Positions 21,265-31,562 of a DNA stretch of 64,000 nt are shown here, in pieces; positions within the stretch are counted from its first letter, which is position 1, and every line of letters begins with the position of its first letter. Below the pieces are notes generated by a model, which ran no database searches, was not told the DNA's origin, and saw only the letters and a program-made list of their open reading frames with translations. The stretch comes from an uncultured Bacilli bacterium (GTDB lineage: Bacteria > Bacillota_I > Bacilli_A > RF39 > UBA660): contig CAKOYD010000003.1 in assembly GCA_934130545.1 (NCBI GenBank), positions 15,430 to 79,429 on the forward strand. Direction: 5' to 3'. Made by a program: the position numbers and the translations under genes.

Positions 21265-21480
21265 ATGAATATTGATTTAAGAAAATATATAATTAATAAT
21301 TTTAAAGATGATAATGTTGAGGATATTGAGAAGTCTATTAATATGTCAATAGATAGTAAGGAAGAAGATCCTTTAATAGGTATGGGAGTATTATTTGAAC
21401 TTGCTTGGGTAAATAGTACTAAAGAGTTAAAAGATGAAATACTAAGTAATATTAAGAAAGGAATAACTAGTAATGTCTAG
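21265..21480 (+). CDS. sspI: small acid-soluble spore protein SspI-like
   Basis: 71 aa. MNIDLRKYIINN...EDPLIGMGVLFELAW resembles B. subtilis SspI as I recall it (LPGLGVLFEVIW). Confidence 0.7.
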   Translation: MNIDLRKYIINNFKDDNVEDIEKSINMSIDSKEEDPLIGMGVLFELAWVNSTKELKDEILSNIKKGITSNV

Positions 21481-22248
21481 CTATTCCTTTTCTTCTATTT
21501 TAATGCTTTTAATCATATTATCAACATTAATATTACTATTAATATCACTTATACTTATAAATATAACATTAAACTTTTCATCTTTATTAAAACTAAGAAA
21601 ATAAATATTTAAGTTTATTTCATTATCAGTATACATATATTTATCAATATTTATATCTTCTATTTTAATATTATCTGTACCTTTATCTTCTAAATCAGGG
21701 ATAATACTATCATAGGCTTCTTTATAAGAAAGTACTATCTTATCACTTAAGACGTCATAATAATTATATCCAACAAGGGAGATATCTTTATATTTATAAC
21801 AGATATCGGCTTTACTATCACAATAATTACCTAGTGCTGGTAAGGTTAGAGAATATGTTTTATCATTATCATAATATTTAGTATTACCACTTAAGATATA
21901 TATTTTATATCCAGAATATATATATCCAATAAATAGTGTGATATTTATAATAAGTGTTAATATATAGCATAGTAGATATCTTTTATTTTTTATTATATAC
22001 TTTAAAGTATAATATGGGAAATAAAAGATATTTAATAAAAATGATAAGATAATATATTTTTTATTATGTGATTTAATTATATATATAATATTTACAATAA
22101 CCAATATAATACCTAAGATATTTAATATTAAAGATATAATAACATCTACTCTAGTTATGGTATAAATATTTAAATAAATATATATTATAGGTACAAATAA
22201 TAGAATAGATGCTAATAGATTTAGAATTAAAACTAATTTTTTCTTCAT
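21481..22248 (-). CDS. hypothetical multi-TM membrane protein
   Basis: About 4 TM segments N-terminally and a soluble C-terminal domain. No motif recognised. Confidence 0.5.
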   Translation of the reverse strand: MKKKLVLILNLLASILLFVPIIYIYLNIYTITRVDVIISLILNILGIILVIVNIIYIIKSHNKKYIILSFLLNIFYFPYYTLKYIIKNKRYLLCYILTLIINITLFIGYIYSGYKIYILSGNTKYYDNDKTYSLTLPALGNYCDSKADICYKYKDISLVGYNYYDVLSDKIVLSYKEAYDSIIPDLEDKGTDNIKIEDINIDKYMYTDNEINLNIYFLSFNKDEKFNVIFISISDINSNINVDNMIKSIKIEEKE

Positions 22249-22250
22249 AA

Positions 22251-22652
22251 TTACCTCTTCTTAGCTTTCTTCTTACCATAATTTTGAAGTTCTTCTAAAC
22301 TTATTCTTCTTATTTCATGGTAACCACAGTTAGTACATACTCTTTCATATACAGCATATTCTTCATAATGACTATCACCTTCATAATCCTTTACAAAAAT
22401 ACTTGTATTTTCACCACGTTGCCATGGTTCAAAAGTATGACCATTTGCTCTACATTCACCCCATTTTATATCATGATATTTAGTAGATATTCTATCATTT
22501 AGTTCACTAACACTTTGTTTAACCATTTTAATCTTAGTAATATCTGCGGTACTATATATATTATCTAATATAATACCCATTAAAGTAATAGTATCTTCTT
22601 CATCTAAATTAGATAATAGTACTTTAAACATGTTTTTATGTTCTTCAGTCAT
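22251..22652 (-). CDS. hypothetical protein with a C-terminal Cys pair (CTNCGYHE)
   Basis: 133-aa ORF directly downstream of the surface-protein gene, with a basic tail. Confidence 0.5.
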   Translation of the reverse strand: MTEEHKNMFKVLLSNLDEEDTITLMGIILDNIYSTADITKIKMVKQSVSELNDRISTKYHDIKWGECRANGHTFEPWQRGENTSIFVKDYEGDSHYEEYAVYERVCTNCGYHEIRRISLEELQNYGKKKAKKR

Positions 22653-22704
22653 AAACCCTCCTTAGCTATATATTATAAATAAATTATTAAAAAAATACAA
22701 CTAT

Positions 22705-22740
22705 AAATGAAAATACCTTAGATATTACTATCTAAAGTAT
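22705..22740 (-). terminator. intrinsic terminator after the surface-protein gene
   Basis: 12-bp stem with 1 mismatch (ATACCTTAGATA/TATCTAAAGTAT), a 4-nt loop and a TTTCATTT tail on the minus strand. Confidence 0.7.
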
Positions 22741-22744
22741 TAAT

Positions 22745-24544
22745 TTATTTAATTATAAAGGGATCTGTTGCAGTGCCTGATCCAGTAAATTCTGTTTTAG
22801 GTTTAAGTGAAACAGACGGACGCACCCCATTAGAGGTAGTGACGAGCCTGCTGCCCAAGCTCCCAGTAGAGCCCGAGGTGAACTCGTAAACATCCGTGCC
22901 ACCGAAGATATACGGCGACAAAGCCCAAAAATATTGACCTGTATATAAGTAAAATGATGAATTAGAAGCACCACCCCTTGCTCCAGCATACATTATTTCA
23001 TCAACGGTTAACAAACCGACCGGATAATCTAAAGCTCCATTTCCATTACTTGCCTCAACTGTAAACTTATCATTAGTATTCGTGCATACTAATGTTGGTT
23101 TGTAACCACTATACATTCTTTGACGACTATTGAAATATAAACCGTTACTATTACTATAATAATCTTTATTCCAACCACTTGTACTCAATCCTACATCATA
23201 ACTTCGATCATTGCAAAATACTGTATCTTCTAATTGCGATGTATAACTAGTCATATTTTTTTCATACCAAGTATCTATTTTTTTCTTTATTGTTGAATCA
23301 TTTTCATTTGTTGAATTATCTAACATTTCTTTTAATATATCTAAGTGATTCTTCCCACCACTTAATTCAAAGTAATAAGATGTTGAACTACTTGTGTCAT
23401 GAACATAATTTACTTTTTCACAAGTATCGCTTGAAGTAAAGCAAGTATAGTGATATTTACTAGCAATTGTACTATATTCTGTACTCCAATTACCTATATC
23501 CGTTAATGTATAAGTATCAGTTAATGTGTATGTACCATTAGTATATGTTATATCATTACCAAATACTATTGAGCCACTTAATGATGACATAGTTTTACTT
23601 GAATAAGTATATCTAGTTCCGTACATATATCCAACATCAGCTGGTGAATTAAAATTTGAATTAAATGCCGAACTACCTATTGTAGTATCACTACCTGTAT
23701 TATTACATTGTCCATCAGTTGGTACTCCATCATATATTAATTTAACCCCACCTGTCTCAGTAGTTCTCACTATTCTCCAGCAATAATTTGCAAATATTAA
23801 GTGATTGTCTACGTTTCCTCGGTAGTAATATACTGGTTTACCACTATCCGTATCTGTTGTCATATATATACCATTAGTATTTGACTGGGATGAAAAATAT
23901 ATAGTAGTTGTAGTATCAGCATTATTCTTCATATAACCATATAGTGTTGTATCTTTAATATTAATTACTGCTTCTGTAGTTAGATTAGGGTTATTACTAC
24001 TAGAGCCTTTTAGTTTAACAGAGATATTACCGGTAAAATATTCTTCCTCTGATTCATCTAACCAGATATATAAATAGTATGTTTTAGTATAAGTATTACC
24101 TGATTTAGTTATATTATCATAATCATTCTTTATTAACCATATATCACTATTAGCAGTTTTATCTTTAAATGAGCCATTGGCTATTAAACCTTTAGTACAA
24201 CTATTAGCACTTGTTGATAAAGCATATCTAATAGTATCTTTTTTATAGGTATCACTTAATGCTGTAATATTAAGACCAATACTAAATGATACTTTACCGC
24301 CTGAAGTGTTAGTGGCTTTAGCTACTATAGTCTTTTTAATAGCACTGTCTCCAGTACATTCAGATGGTGCAAAAGATACATTTTCACTAGTTCCACCACT
24401 AATAGTCATTGTTAAATTACCTGCTTTAATTTGAGTTACATTAATAGCATTAGAAATAGTAGTAACTAAAGCAAACGTTCCACCAATACATAATACTATT
24501 ATAAATATTATTAATAAAGTTATATATAATTTTTTATGTTCCAT
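22745..24544 (-). CDS. secreted/surface protein: TasA/camelysin-type (SipW-class) signal peptide and N-domain plus a C-terminal lectin-like module
   Basis: Start set to MEHKKLYITLL (ATG 24544). GGTFALVTTISNAINVTQIKAGNLTM resembles the SipW-cognate signal and AGTLDL-type strand. Paralogue of 53896..55383. The C-terminus contains the compositionally aberrant patch at 22811-22921. Confidence 0.7.
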   Translation of the reverse strand: MEHKKLYITLLIIFIIVLCIGGTFALVTTISNAINVTQIKAGNLTMTISGGTSENVSFAPSECTGDSAIKKTIVAKATNTSGGKVSFSIGLNITALSDTYKKDTIRYALSTSANSCTKGLIANGSFKDKTANSDIWLIKNDYDNITKSGNTYTKTYYLYIWLDESEEEYFTGNISVKLKGSSSNNPNLTTEAVINIKDTTLYGYMKNNADTTTTIYFSSQSNTNGIYMTTDTDSGKPVYYYRGNVDNHLIFANYCWRIVRTTETGGVKLIYDGVPTDGQCNNTGSDTTIGSSAFNSNFNSPADVGYMYGTRYTYSSKTMSSLSGSIVFGNDITYTNGTYTLTDTYTLTDIGNWSTEYSTIASKYHYTCFTSSDTCEKVNYVHDTSSSTSYYFELSGGKNHLDILKEMLDNSTNENDSTIKKKIDTWYEKNMTSYTSQLEDTVFCNDRSYDVGLSTSGWNKDYYSNSNGLYFNSRQRMYSGYKPTLVCTNTNDKFTVEASNGNGALDYPVGLLTVDEIMYAGARGGASNSSFYLYTGQYFWALSPYIFGGTDVYEFTSGSTGSLGSRLVTTSNGVRPSVSLKPKTEFTGSGTATDPFIIK

Positions 24545-24611
24545 AAGTACATCCCTTCTACTATATATTATCGTTATAATAATACCATAAACTAGATATT
24601 TAAACAAGTAA

Positions 24612-24649
24612 AAATACTTAGAAATTGTTATTTTAATTTCTAAGTATTT
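24612..24649 (-). terminator. intrinsic terminator
   Basis: Perfect 15-bp stem AAATACTTAGAAATT/AATTTCTAAGTATTT with an 8-nt loop and a TTTT tail on the minus strand. Confidence 0.8.
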
Positions 24650-24654
24650 GAATA

Positions 24655-25287
24655 TTAATTAGTAATATTAATAGTGCGATATGCTACTTTAGTAATATCA
24701 TTACTATTAGTTACATAATAAACAATTGTATAAGTACCTGGTGTACCATAATCTATATAGTTAACTATTTGTACTAAATCATTTAAATCTCCTTCTACTG
24801 AGTCAACAGCAGAATATCCTTCTTCTTTATATATATCAGTACTTTTAACATTAACATTATTACTACCTTTTAATATTAAAGTAAGTAAATTATCCGTCTT
24901 AACAACATTAACTTTTCTTTCTAAAGTTACTTCTTTATTATTTATAGTAAGAGTATATATAACTTTATAACTACCTACTTTAGTAGTATCAACATTGCCA
25001 TCAACACTAACTAGATTAGCAATATTATTATTATCTTTATCACTAGCCTTATATCCTATGTCAACATAACTATCATTTAACCTAACATTCATTTCACTAG
25101 GTCCAACTAATTCAAAGGTATATTTATTATTTTTCTTACTATTATTAATTAATACTATAATAAGTATTAAAATAATTATTCCTAGTAAGATACCTCCTAT
25201 TATAAATAAGTTCTTTTTAGTTAGTAAGTTAACTAATGAACTAGTCTTCTTAACTTCTTCATCATCTTCATTATGTCCAAAATACAT
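24655..25287 (-). CDS. membrane-anchored protein with two Ig-like (DUF5011-type) repeats
   Basis: N-terminal TM segment, then a twice-repeated pattern ...GY.A.D...G.L...V...G.VD....G.Y.I.Y... Confidence 0.55.
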   Translation of the reverse strand: MYFGHNEDDEEVKKTSSLVNLLTKKNLFIIGGILLGIIILILIIVLINNSKKNNKYTFELVGPSEMNVRLNDSYVDIGYKASDKDNNNIANLVSVDGNVDTTKVGSYKVIYTLTINNKEVTLERKVNVVKTDNLLTLILKGSNNVNVKSTDIYKEEGYSAVDSVEGDLNDLVQIVNYIDYGTPGTYTIVYYVTNSNDITKVAYRTINITN

Positions 25288-25291
25288 ATTA

Positions 25292-25930
25292 TCACCTTTC
25301 TTTATCTATTATTTTATCTTTATATATACTAACGGGGTTAAATGTAAGACGGTGGTACTTAGTAATACCATATTCTTTTATTGCTTCAAGATGCTTTTTA
25401 GTACCATATCCTTTATTATTTTTTAAGTCATACATAGGATATATTTTATCTAATTCATACATCATATTATCACGATATACTTTAGCAATAACAGAAGCTG
25501 CTGCAATAGAAATACTTTTAGCATCTCCTTTAATAATAGATGTCGTTTCTGTATTAATATCTAATTTCATAGCATCTATTAAAATATGATCCATTTTAAA
25601 ACCAACATTATTAATAGCTTCTTTCATTGCTAATTTAGTTGCCTCATAGATATTTACTTCATCTATTTTTTTCTCATCAATTACTCCAATACCTACTCCT
25701 AAAGCATGTTTCATAATATAATCATAATATTCATTTCTTTTCTTTTCACTTAACTTTTTAGAGTCAGTTAAGCCTTCTAGAACAAAATCTTTAGGTAAGA
25801 CAACACATGCTGATACAACACTACCAATTAAAGGACCTCTTCCTACTTCATCTACTCCACCTATTAAATTATAACCTTTTCTATATAATTCTTTCTCGTA
25901 TTTATATAAGTCAACTTTTTCTTTTTTCAT
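25292..25930 (-). CDS. rnhB: ribonuclease HII
   Basis: GVDEVGRGPLIGSVVSA, DSKKLSEKKR and GYGT..H are RNase HII motifs. Confidence 0.92.
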   Translation of the reverse strand: MKKEKVDLYKYEKELYRKGYNLIGGVDEVGRGPLIGSVVSACVVLPKDFVLEGLTDSKKLSEKKRNEYYDYIMKHALGVGIGVIDEKKIDEVNIYEATKLAMKEAINNVGFKMDHILIDAMKLDINTETTSIIKGDAKSISIAAASVIAKVYRDNMMYELDKIYPMYDLKNNKGYGTKKHLEAIKEYGITKYHRLTFNPVSIYKDKIIDKER

Positions 25931-26405
25931 TACTTATTTCATCCTCTAGTTTATTTAATAGTTCTAATAAATTATTATCATCAAATAATATATCTCTAAC
26001 AAACATTCCGTATATATTACCATATTCATTACTATCTTTGTTAACATCTTTCTTATTTTTTAAATAAGTAACTATATCTAATGATTTATAATCATCAATA
26101 TTCTTAGTAAGTAAGACTCCTACTAAATATAGGCCTATTACTACTTTATCAGCATCTTCTAACTTCTTATTTATCTTTAATGAATAATTACCAAGAATAT
26201 TTTTATAAGCATAACCGCAAAAGTTATTACTGACTTCTCCTACAGAAGGAATATTACTATTACTAAAACTTTGTTCATTATAATTAATCATATATAAAGA
26301 CGCTATTAGACTAATATTTTTAGGTTTATCTAATTGATTACGATATAGTAATACCTTATTATAGAGTGTTCTAACATTATTTAATAATATATTTTTATCT
26401 AACAT
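25911..26405 (-). CDS. hypothetical protein (164 aa)
   Basis: ORF overlapping both neighbours in operon fashion; no motif recognised. Confidence 0.45.
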   Translation of the reverse strand: MLDKNILLNNVRTLYNKVLLYRNQLDKPKNISLIASLYMINYNEQSFSNSNIPSVGEVSNNFCGYAYKNILGNYSLKINKKLEDADKVVIGLYLVGVLLTKNIDDYKSLDIVTYLKNKKDVNKDSNEYGNIYGMFVRDILFDDNNLLELLNKLEDEISNEKRKS

Positions 26406-27088
26406 CTTTCATCACAAACATCATTCAATACTTTATGAATACCATCTATATATATATCATATAGTTCATCATGTTGTTCATTAGTTAATTTAACATATGG
26501 ATCAGTTTGACTTGCTACTGTATCAGCATGATAACTAACTATTTCTCCATCTTTAACAAATACTACTAATGGTACATAGATTCTTTTCTTAGAAGTATTA
26601 TGTTCTACTCCATCACTATCTTTAACAATATAATCATCTAATATACTATTTAGAGCATCTACTAAATCATAGTAATCATTACTACCCTCTTTAGTTGTAA
26701 CAAATTCACCATTTTCATAACTAATAGTATCTCTTACTTCATGCATATTTAGATAATATATTTTATCTAAAGAAGTACTACTAGCAGCCTCTAATAATGG
26801 TGTAATTGCATTTCTACACCATGGACATGTTGGATAACCTAAATATATAACTCCTGACTTATTTTTAATAACATCTAATAATTCAGTAATATTACTATAT
26901 TTAATAACATTATCACTAGGTATACTAACTTCTAAATAGCCTTTACCACTACTAGTTTTTTCACCATTATAACTTTCATATTCTTCTTTAAACTTACTAG
27001 CGTCACTTTCTTTTGTTTCTTTCTTACCACAACCAGTAAAACAAAACACCCCTAAAATAACAATACATAATAATATTTTCTTTCTCAT
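26399..27088 (-). CDS. thioredoxin-fold lipoprotein
   Basis: Lipobox FTGC and a redox motif YPTCPWCRNA (CxxC). Confidence 0.7.
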   Translation of the reverse strand: MRKKILLCIVILGVFCFTGCGKKETKESDASKFKEEYESYNGEKTSSGKGYLEVSIPSDNVIKYSNITELLDVIKNKSGVIYLGYPTCPWCRNAITPLLEAASSTSLDKIYYLNMHEVRDTISYENGEFVTTKEGSNDYYDLVDALNSILDDYIVKDSDGVEHNTSKKRIYVPLVVFVKDGEIVSYHADTVASQTDPYVKLTNEQHDELYDIYIDGIHKVLNDVCDERC

Positions 27089-27168
27089 AAACTACCTCAC
27101 TTACATTAATTATTATATATTTAAATTAATAATATGGCAATATATTTTTAAAAAAATAAGGTAATTAC

Positions 27169-28998
27169 TTACCTTAAATATTTATAATAATTACTATTAA
27201 TAATTAATTTAGATATAGATATTTTATCATTAACTATTTTGTTAATACTAGCAATATATTCTTTATCTACATCATTATCTAATTTAATTACTTCTTTAGT
27301 TAAATAATTATATTTAGCTTTATTAGTTATCCAACTTCTATCACTAAATATTACTATCTTTTCACTATTAGAGAATATATCTCTACCCATTAGTAATCGA
27401 GAATCATAATCTACTCCAAATAGATTTAATACGGTTGGTAATATATCTAGACTAGATACATAATCATTAACTATTACATCTTGATAATTACCATTATTCC
27501 ATATAATTAAACTATTTTTATATAAATCAAAATAATTATCTTTAATATTCATATATTCATCTATTTCACTAGTAAGTAATCCATATGGATAATGGTCAGG
27601 TGCAATAACAATTACCGTATCATCTAACAAATTATTTTCTTCTAATCTATTTAGTAATAATTCTAGTGATTTATCAAATTCTATTTGAGTAGCAAAATAA
27701 GCTTTAATATCATTACTAATATTTAGTTTATCTACTAAGTCTTTATTTTTAATAGCGATATCATTGGTTTTAAAGTTATATTCCATATGACCACTAATAG
27801 ACATATAATAAGTCATAAATTTATCCTTATCTAAATAATACTTAGTACTATTATCAATTACTTCAATATCACTACGAGGCCATATATTACAATCGTTTAA
27901 GCCATTATCACAACCCATAAACATCGAATAACCTAAGTTTGGCATGGTAATATTTCTTTGGTAGAAGGTAGAATTCCCGCCATGATAAGCACTAGTATAA
28001 TAACCTAAATTACTAAATACTTTACCATAAGAATATATATAATCTTTATCAATAGTTTTATCCATACTACAAACCGATACTCCGGGAATTAGTGATAATA
28101 AAGAAACAAATTCTCCATCAGAAGTACTACAGTTATATATAGGACTATAGAAGTTATTAAACTTCATACCTTCACTATATAATTTATATAGAGTTGGTGT
28201 TATATCTTTATTAATAGCCATTGGATAGAAAGACTCAGCAGTTATATATATTAAGTTTTTATCTTTAAATATACCAGTATATTCATTCTTATTACTAGGT
28301 ATTTGGCTATTAAAATATTTATTTAAATCATTAGTATTATCAAAGTTATAGTCTAAGATATTATATTCTACACTATTAGATAATAATTTATTAGTATTAC
28401 TAACTGATACTTTATCTTGAAAGTTAATAATATCTTTATATATATCAATACTAAAACTATTTAATAAACCAATCTTATTAGTAGTATTAGTAATAGATTT
28501 AGTTAAATATAATAAATTATAAATATTACTATCAATAAAACTAGTGGAATATACTAATAAACTAATAATAGTAAATAATAATATATTTCTTTTAGTAAGT
28601 TTAAATAACTCTATTCTTTTATATAGAAAGATAATAATTATAAGAGGAATTAGAAGTAAACATATTGGTATGATATAGATAGATATTAATCTTAAAATAG
28701 TATCGCCAAAACCCATAACTTGGTTAGCATACATAATACCATCAATACCTACAATAGAATGATATAATTGATAATATACTATTTCTATTTCATATAAAAA
28801 AGTAATAATTATTATACTAATTAAATATATCATCTTTTTATTTATTAAAGTTAAAAGAAATGCGATAGGAATACTATATAAAAATATATAAATAGTATCT
28901 AACATAAAGACATTTTTAAAGGTAAATAATTTTAATATTGATTCTAAAAATATTATTATTAAATAATTATATATAAATGCTTTCTTATTTTTCATCAT
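27169..28998 (-). CDS. LTA-synthase-family sulfatase-domain membrane protein
   Basis: 5 N-terminal TM segments plus an extracellular sulfatase-like domain (...YITAESF..., STSDGEF, VIAPDHYPYG). Confidence 0.8.
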   Translation of the reverse strand: MMKNKKAFIYNYLIIIFLESILKLFTFKNVFMLDTIYIFLYSIPIAFLLTLINKKMIYLISIIIITFLYEIEIVYYQLYHSIVGIDGIMYANQVMGFGDTILRLISIYIIPICLLLIPLIIIIFLYKRIELFKLTKRNILLFTIISLLVYSTSFIDSNIYNLLYLTKSITNTTNKIGLLNSFSIDIYKDIINFQDKVSVSNTNKLLSNSVEYNILDYNFDNTNDLNKYFNSQIPSNKNEYTGIFKDKNLIYITAESFYPMAINKDITPTLYKLYSEGMKFNNFYSPIYNCSTSDGEFVSLLSLIPGVSVCSMDKTIDKDYIYSYGKVFSNLGYYTSAYHGGNSTFYQRNITMPNLGYSMFMGCDNGLNDCNIWPRSDIEVIDNSTKYYLDKDKFMTYYMSISGHMEYNFKTNDIAIKNKDLVDKLNISNDIKAYFATQIEFDKSLELLLNRLEENNLLDDTVIVIAPDHYPYGLLTSEIDEYMNIKDNYFDLYKNSLIIWNNGNYQDVIVNDYVSSLDILPTVLNLFGVDYDSRLLMGRDIFSNSEKIVIFSDRSWITNKAKYNYLTKEVIKLDNDVDKEYIASINKIVNDKISISKLIINSNYYKYLR

Positions 28999-29085
28999 AC
29001 CATCCCCACTTAAAATATATTAAATATAGTTTTATTATATACTTTACTATACTATCTAGTCAAATAAAAAACACACAACTCATAA

Positions 29086-29115
29086 ATAAAAAGAAAGCCC
29101 ATATTAGAGCCTTCT
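29086..29115 (-). terminator. intrinsic terminator after the small ORF
   Basis: 9-bp stem including GU pairs (AGAAGGCUC/GGGCUUUCU) with a 6-nt loop and a TTTTT tail. Confidence 0.6.
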
Positions 29116-29116
29116 A

Positions 29117-29269
29117 TTACATCATATCTTCTAGATCGCTAATTACATTCTCCTTAGCTTTACACATCTTTTTAAATACGCGTTCCATATTACCGTTGGC
29201 GTATTGCTGATACAATAGTGTTCCACCAATACCAGCTAAAACTAAGGCAACTCCTGTTTTTACTTTCAT
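29117..29269 (-). CDS. small (50 aa) membrane-anchored protein, not in the ORF track
   Basis: GGGAGTGA RBS 6 nt upstream of the ATG. Sequence MKVKTGVALVLAGIGGTLLYQQYANGNMERVFKKMCKAKENVISDLEDMM. Has its own terminator. Confidence 0.45.
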   Translation of the reverse strand: MKVKTGVALVLAGIGGTLLYQQYANGNMERVFKKMCKAKENVISDLEDMM

Positions 29270-29332
29270 TTATATCACTCCCTTAGAATATATGATTGGG
29301 TTCTACCCTTAACTAGTATTTACTAATAATTA

Positions 29333-31513
29333 TTAATTATACTTATCTATTAAAAATTCTTTAAGAGTTGTTCTTCGATTTTCGACATAATCATTCTTAA
29401 CACCATATAAGAATGATTGCCGATCGCCAACTAAGATTAGAGTTTTTTTAGCTCTCGTGACTGCTGTATATACTAATTTATTATATAGCATTCTTTTGAA
29501 TGAATTAACTACAGGCATAACTACCATTTTGAATTCTCCACCTTGTGATTTATGAACACTAATAGCATATCCGTGAGTAATATTAATAAATTTATCAGGT
29601 GTATAAGTTACTTCATTACCATCAAAGTTGACAACAATTTCATTTTTGTTAGAACTACTTTTTTTAGCAGGTATTACTTTTTTAATATAACCAATATCAC
29701 CATTATATACGTTATTATCAGGATCATTTACTAGTTGTAATATTTTATCACTTTCACGATAGATAACATTACCGACCGCTAATTCTTTTTTCTTATCATC
29801 TTTTGGATTAAATATTGATTGTAAGATAATATTTAAGTTATCAATGCCATTAATAGTTTTATACATGGGCGCTAAGACTTGAATATCTTTTTCAGTATAG
29901 CCTTTAGAGGTAGCTATTTTTACTATATCACTAATAGCACCTACTACTAAACTAGGATCACATTCAATAAAGTTATAATCGGCTTTTTTATGAATAAAAC
30001 TTTCACTTAATTCTTTTTCTTTAATTTCATTAGCAAGATTAACAATATATGATTCTTCATTTTGACGATATAGCGTATTTAATTTAACAACATCTAAGAC
30101 ATCAGAATCTATTAAATCTTTTAATACTTGTCCTTGACTAACACTTGGTAATTGATAATAGTCTCCAACTAAGATATATTTAGCATCTTTACGGCATCCT
30201 TTTAATAAAGCACTAAATAGTATTGTATCAATCATACTAACTTCATCAATAATAACATACTTTTCAGTACGAGGATTAAATATATCAGAGGAGAAAGTAT
30301 TTCTTTCTTTATCCCAGCCTAGATACCTATGAATAGTATAGCCAGGTATTAGGGTTGTTTCCATTAATTTTTTAGCAGCTCTGCCGGTAGGAGCTAATAA
30401 AGCAATATCATTATCACTTATTTTATAGATATTTTTAAGTAAAGAAACAATAGCTTTAATAATAGTAGTTTTTCCGGTACCTGGTCCACCAGTAATGATT
30501 GTAAAGTTATTATTTAGAGATTTAATAATAGCTTTTCGTTGACTTTCATCATATGTTATATCATTAATATATTCTAGTTCATCAATTTTCTTTTCTAGCT
30601 TAGGTAAATTATTTCTTTCTAAGTTATTTAGGTAATATATTTTATCAACAATATATTTTTCACTATCATATAGACTACTTAAATAGTAACGATCATGATC
30701 TATTCTAATCTTACCTTCTTTATTTAATTTAATAATCATATATTCTAGTTTTTCTAGGTCAATATTAGGTACATATTTAACTATTTCATTATAGATGTCT
30801 TCTAGTAATAAATAAGTATCACCTTTATCAAAAGTTATTTCATTAATAATATATATAATTAGTGAAGATATTCTTCTATCATCATCAATGCTTACACCAT
30901 TATTCATAGCAATAGTATCTATATCAGTAAATCTAAAATCTAATTCATTAACTAAATCATATATATTATTATTTACTATATCTAGGGCATTATTCTTATA
31001 TCTATTTAAGATAGTTAAACAGTTTTTGGTACTAAAACCCATTTTAGATAATTCTAATACTATATTACTAGTACTTTGATATTCTACTAATACATTATGG
31101 ATTTTAGTTATTTTATCTTCACTAAGTCTAGGAATAACTTGTAAATCACTAGGACTATTTAAGATAACATCTAGGGTATTTTCTTTAAAGGCATCAACTA
31201 TTTTTTGAGCAGTTTTCTCACCAATTGGGAATAATTCACTAGATAGAAACTCTACTACTTCATCTTCTTTGGTTGGTAGAACTAATTCATAATCACTGAC
31301 TAAGAATTGTTCACCATACTTATTATGAGTAGTAATTTCACCATGCATAAGATATGTTGATTTTAGTTTTAAGTCAAAAAAATTACCAACAAAAGTTATA
31401 TTCTTACCAACAAATTCAATATCAGTTTCAATTACTTTTAATAAACCGACAGTATAACCGTTATCTTCATTATTAAAAATAGTACTACTATATATTCCTT
31501 TAATATAACCCAT
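29333..31513 (-). CDS. recD2: RecD2-type ATP-dependent DNA helicase
   Basis: GGPGTGKTT Walker A, IIDEVSMID, TIHRYLG and AISVHKSQGGEF. Start set to MGYIKGIY (ATG 31513, GAGGTGG RBS). The longer track ORF overlaps the upstream gene. Confidence 0.88.
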   Translation of the reverse strand: MGYIKGIYSSTIFNNEDNGYTVGLLKVIETDIEFVGKNITFVGNFFDLKLKSTYLMHGEITTHNKYGEQFLVSDYELVLPTKEDEVVEFLSSELFPIGEKTAQKIVDAFKENTLDVILNSPSDLQVIPRLSEDKITKIHNVLVEYQSTSNIVLELSKMGFSTKNCLTILNRYKNNALDIVNNNIYDLVNELDFRFTDIDTIAMNNGVSIDDDRRISSLIIYIINEITFDKGDTYLLLEDIYNEIVKYVPNIDLEKLEYMIIKLNKEGKIRIDHDRYYLSSLYDSEKYIVDKIYYLNNLERNNLPKLEKKIDELEYINDITYDESQRKAIIKSLNNNFTIITGGPGTGKTTIIKAIVSLLKNIYKISDNDIALLAPTGRAAKKLMETTLIPGYTIHRYLGWDKERNTFSSDIFNPRTEKYVIIDEVSMIDTILFSALLKGCRKDAKYILVGDYYQLPSVSQGQVLKDLIDSDVLDVVKLNTLYRQNEESYIVNLANEIKEKELSESFIHKKADYNFIECDPSLVVGAISDIVKIATSKGYTEKDIQVLAPMYKTINGIDNLNIILQSIFNPKDDKKKELAVGNVIYRESDKILQLVNDPDNNVYNGDIGYIKKVIPAKKSSSNKNEIVVNFDGNEVTYTPDKFINITHGYAISVHKSQGGEFKMVVMPVVNSFKRMLYNKLVYTAVTRAKKTLILVGDRQSFLYGVKNDYVENRRTTLKEFLIDKYN

Positions 31514-31562
31514 AAAACCACCTCGTTTATTTAATAAAAAATGTACTATTGCTAGTACTTTT

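Noticed and set aside
22753-22989. 78-aa minus-strand ORF overlapping the 3' end of the surface-protein gene
   Set aside because: It is open only because the GC-rich, A-poor patch removes AT-rich stop codons in the alternative frame. It has no RBS, and the overlapping frame has clear paralogue support.
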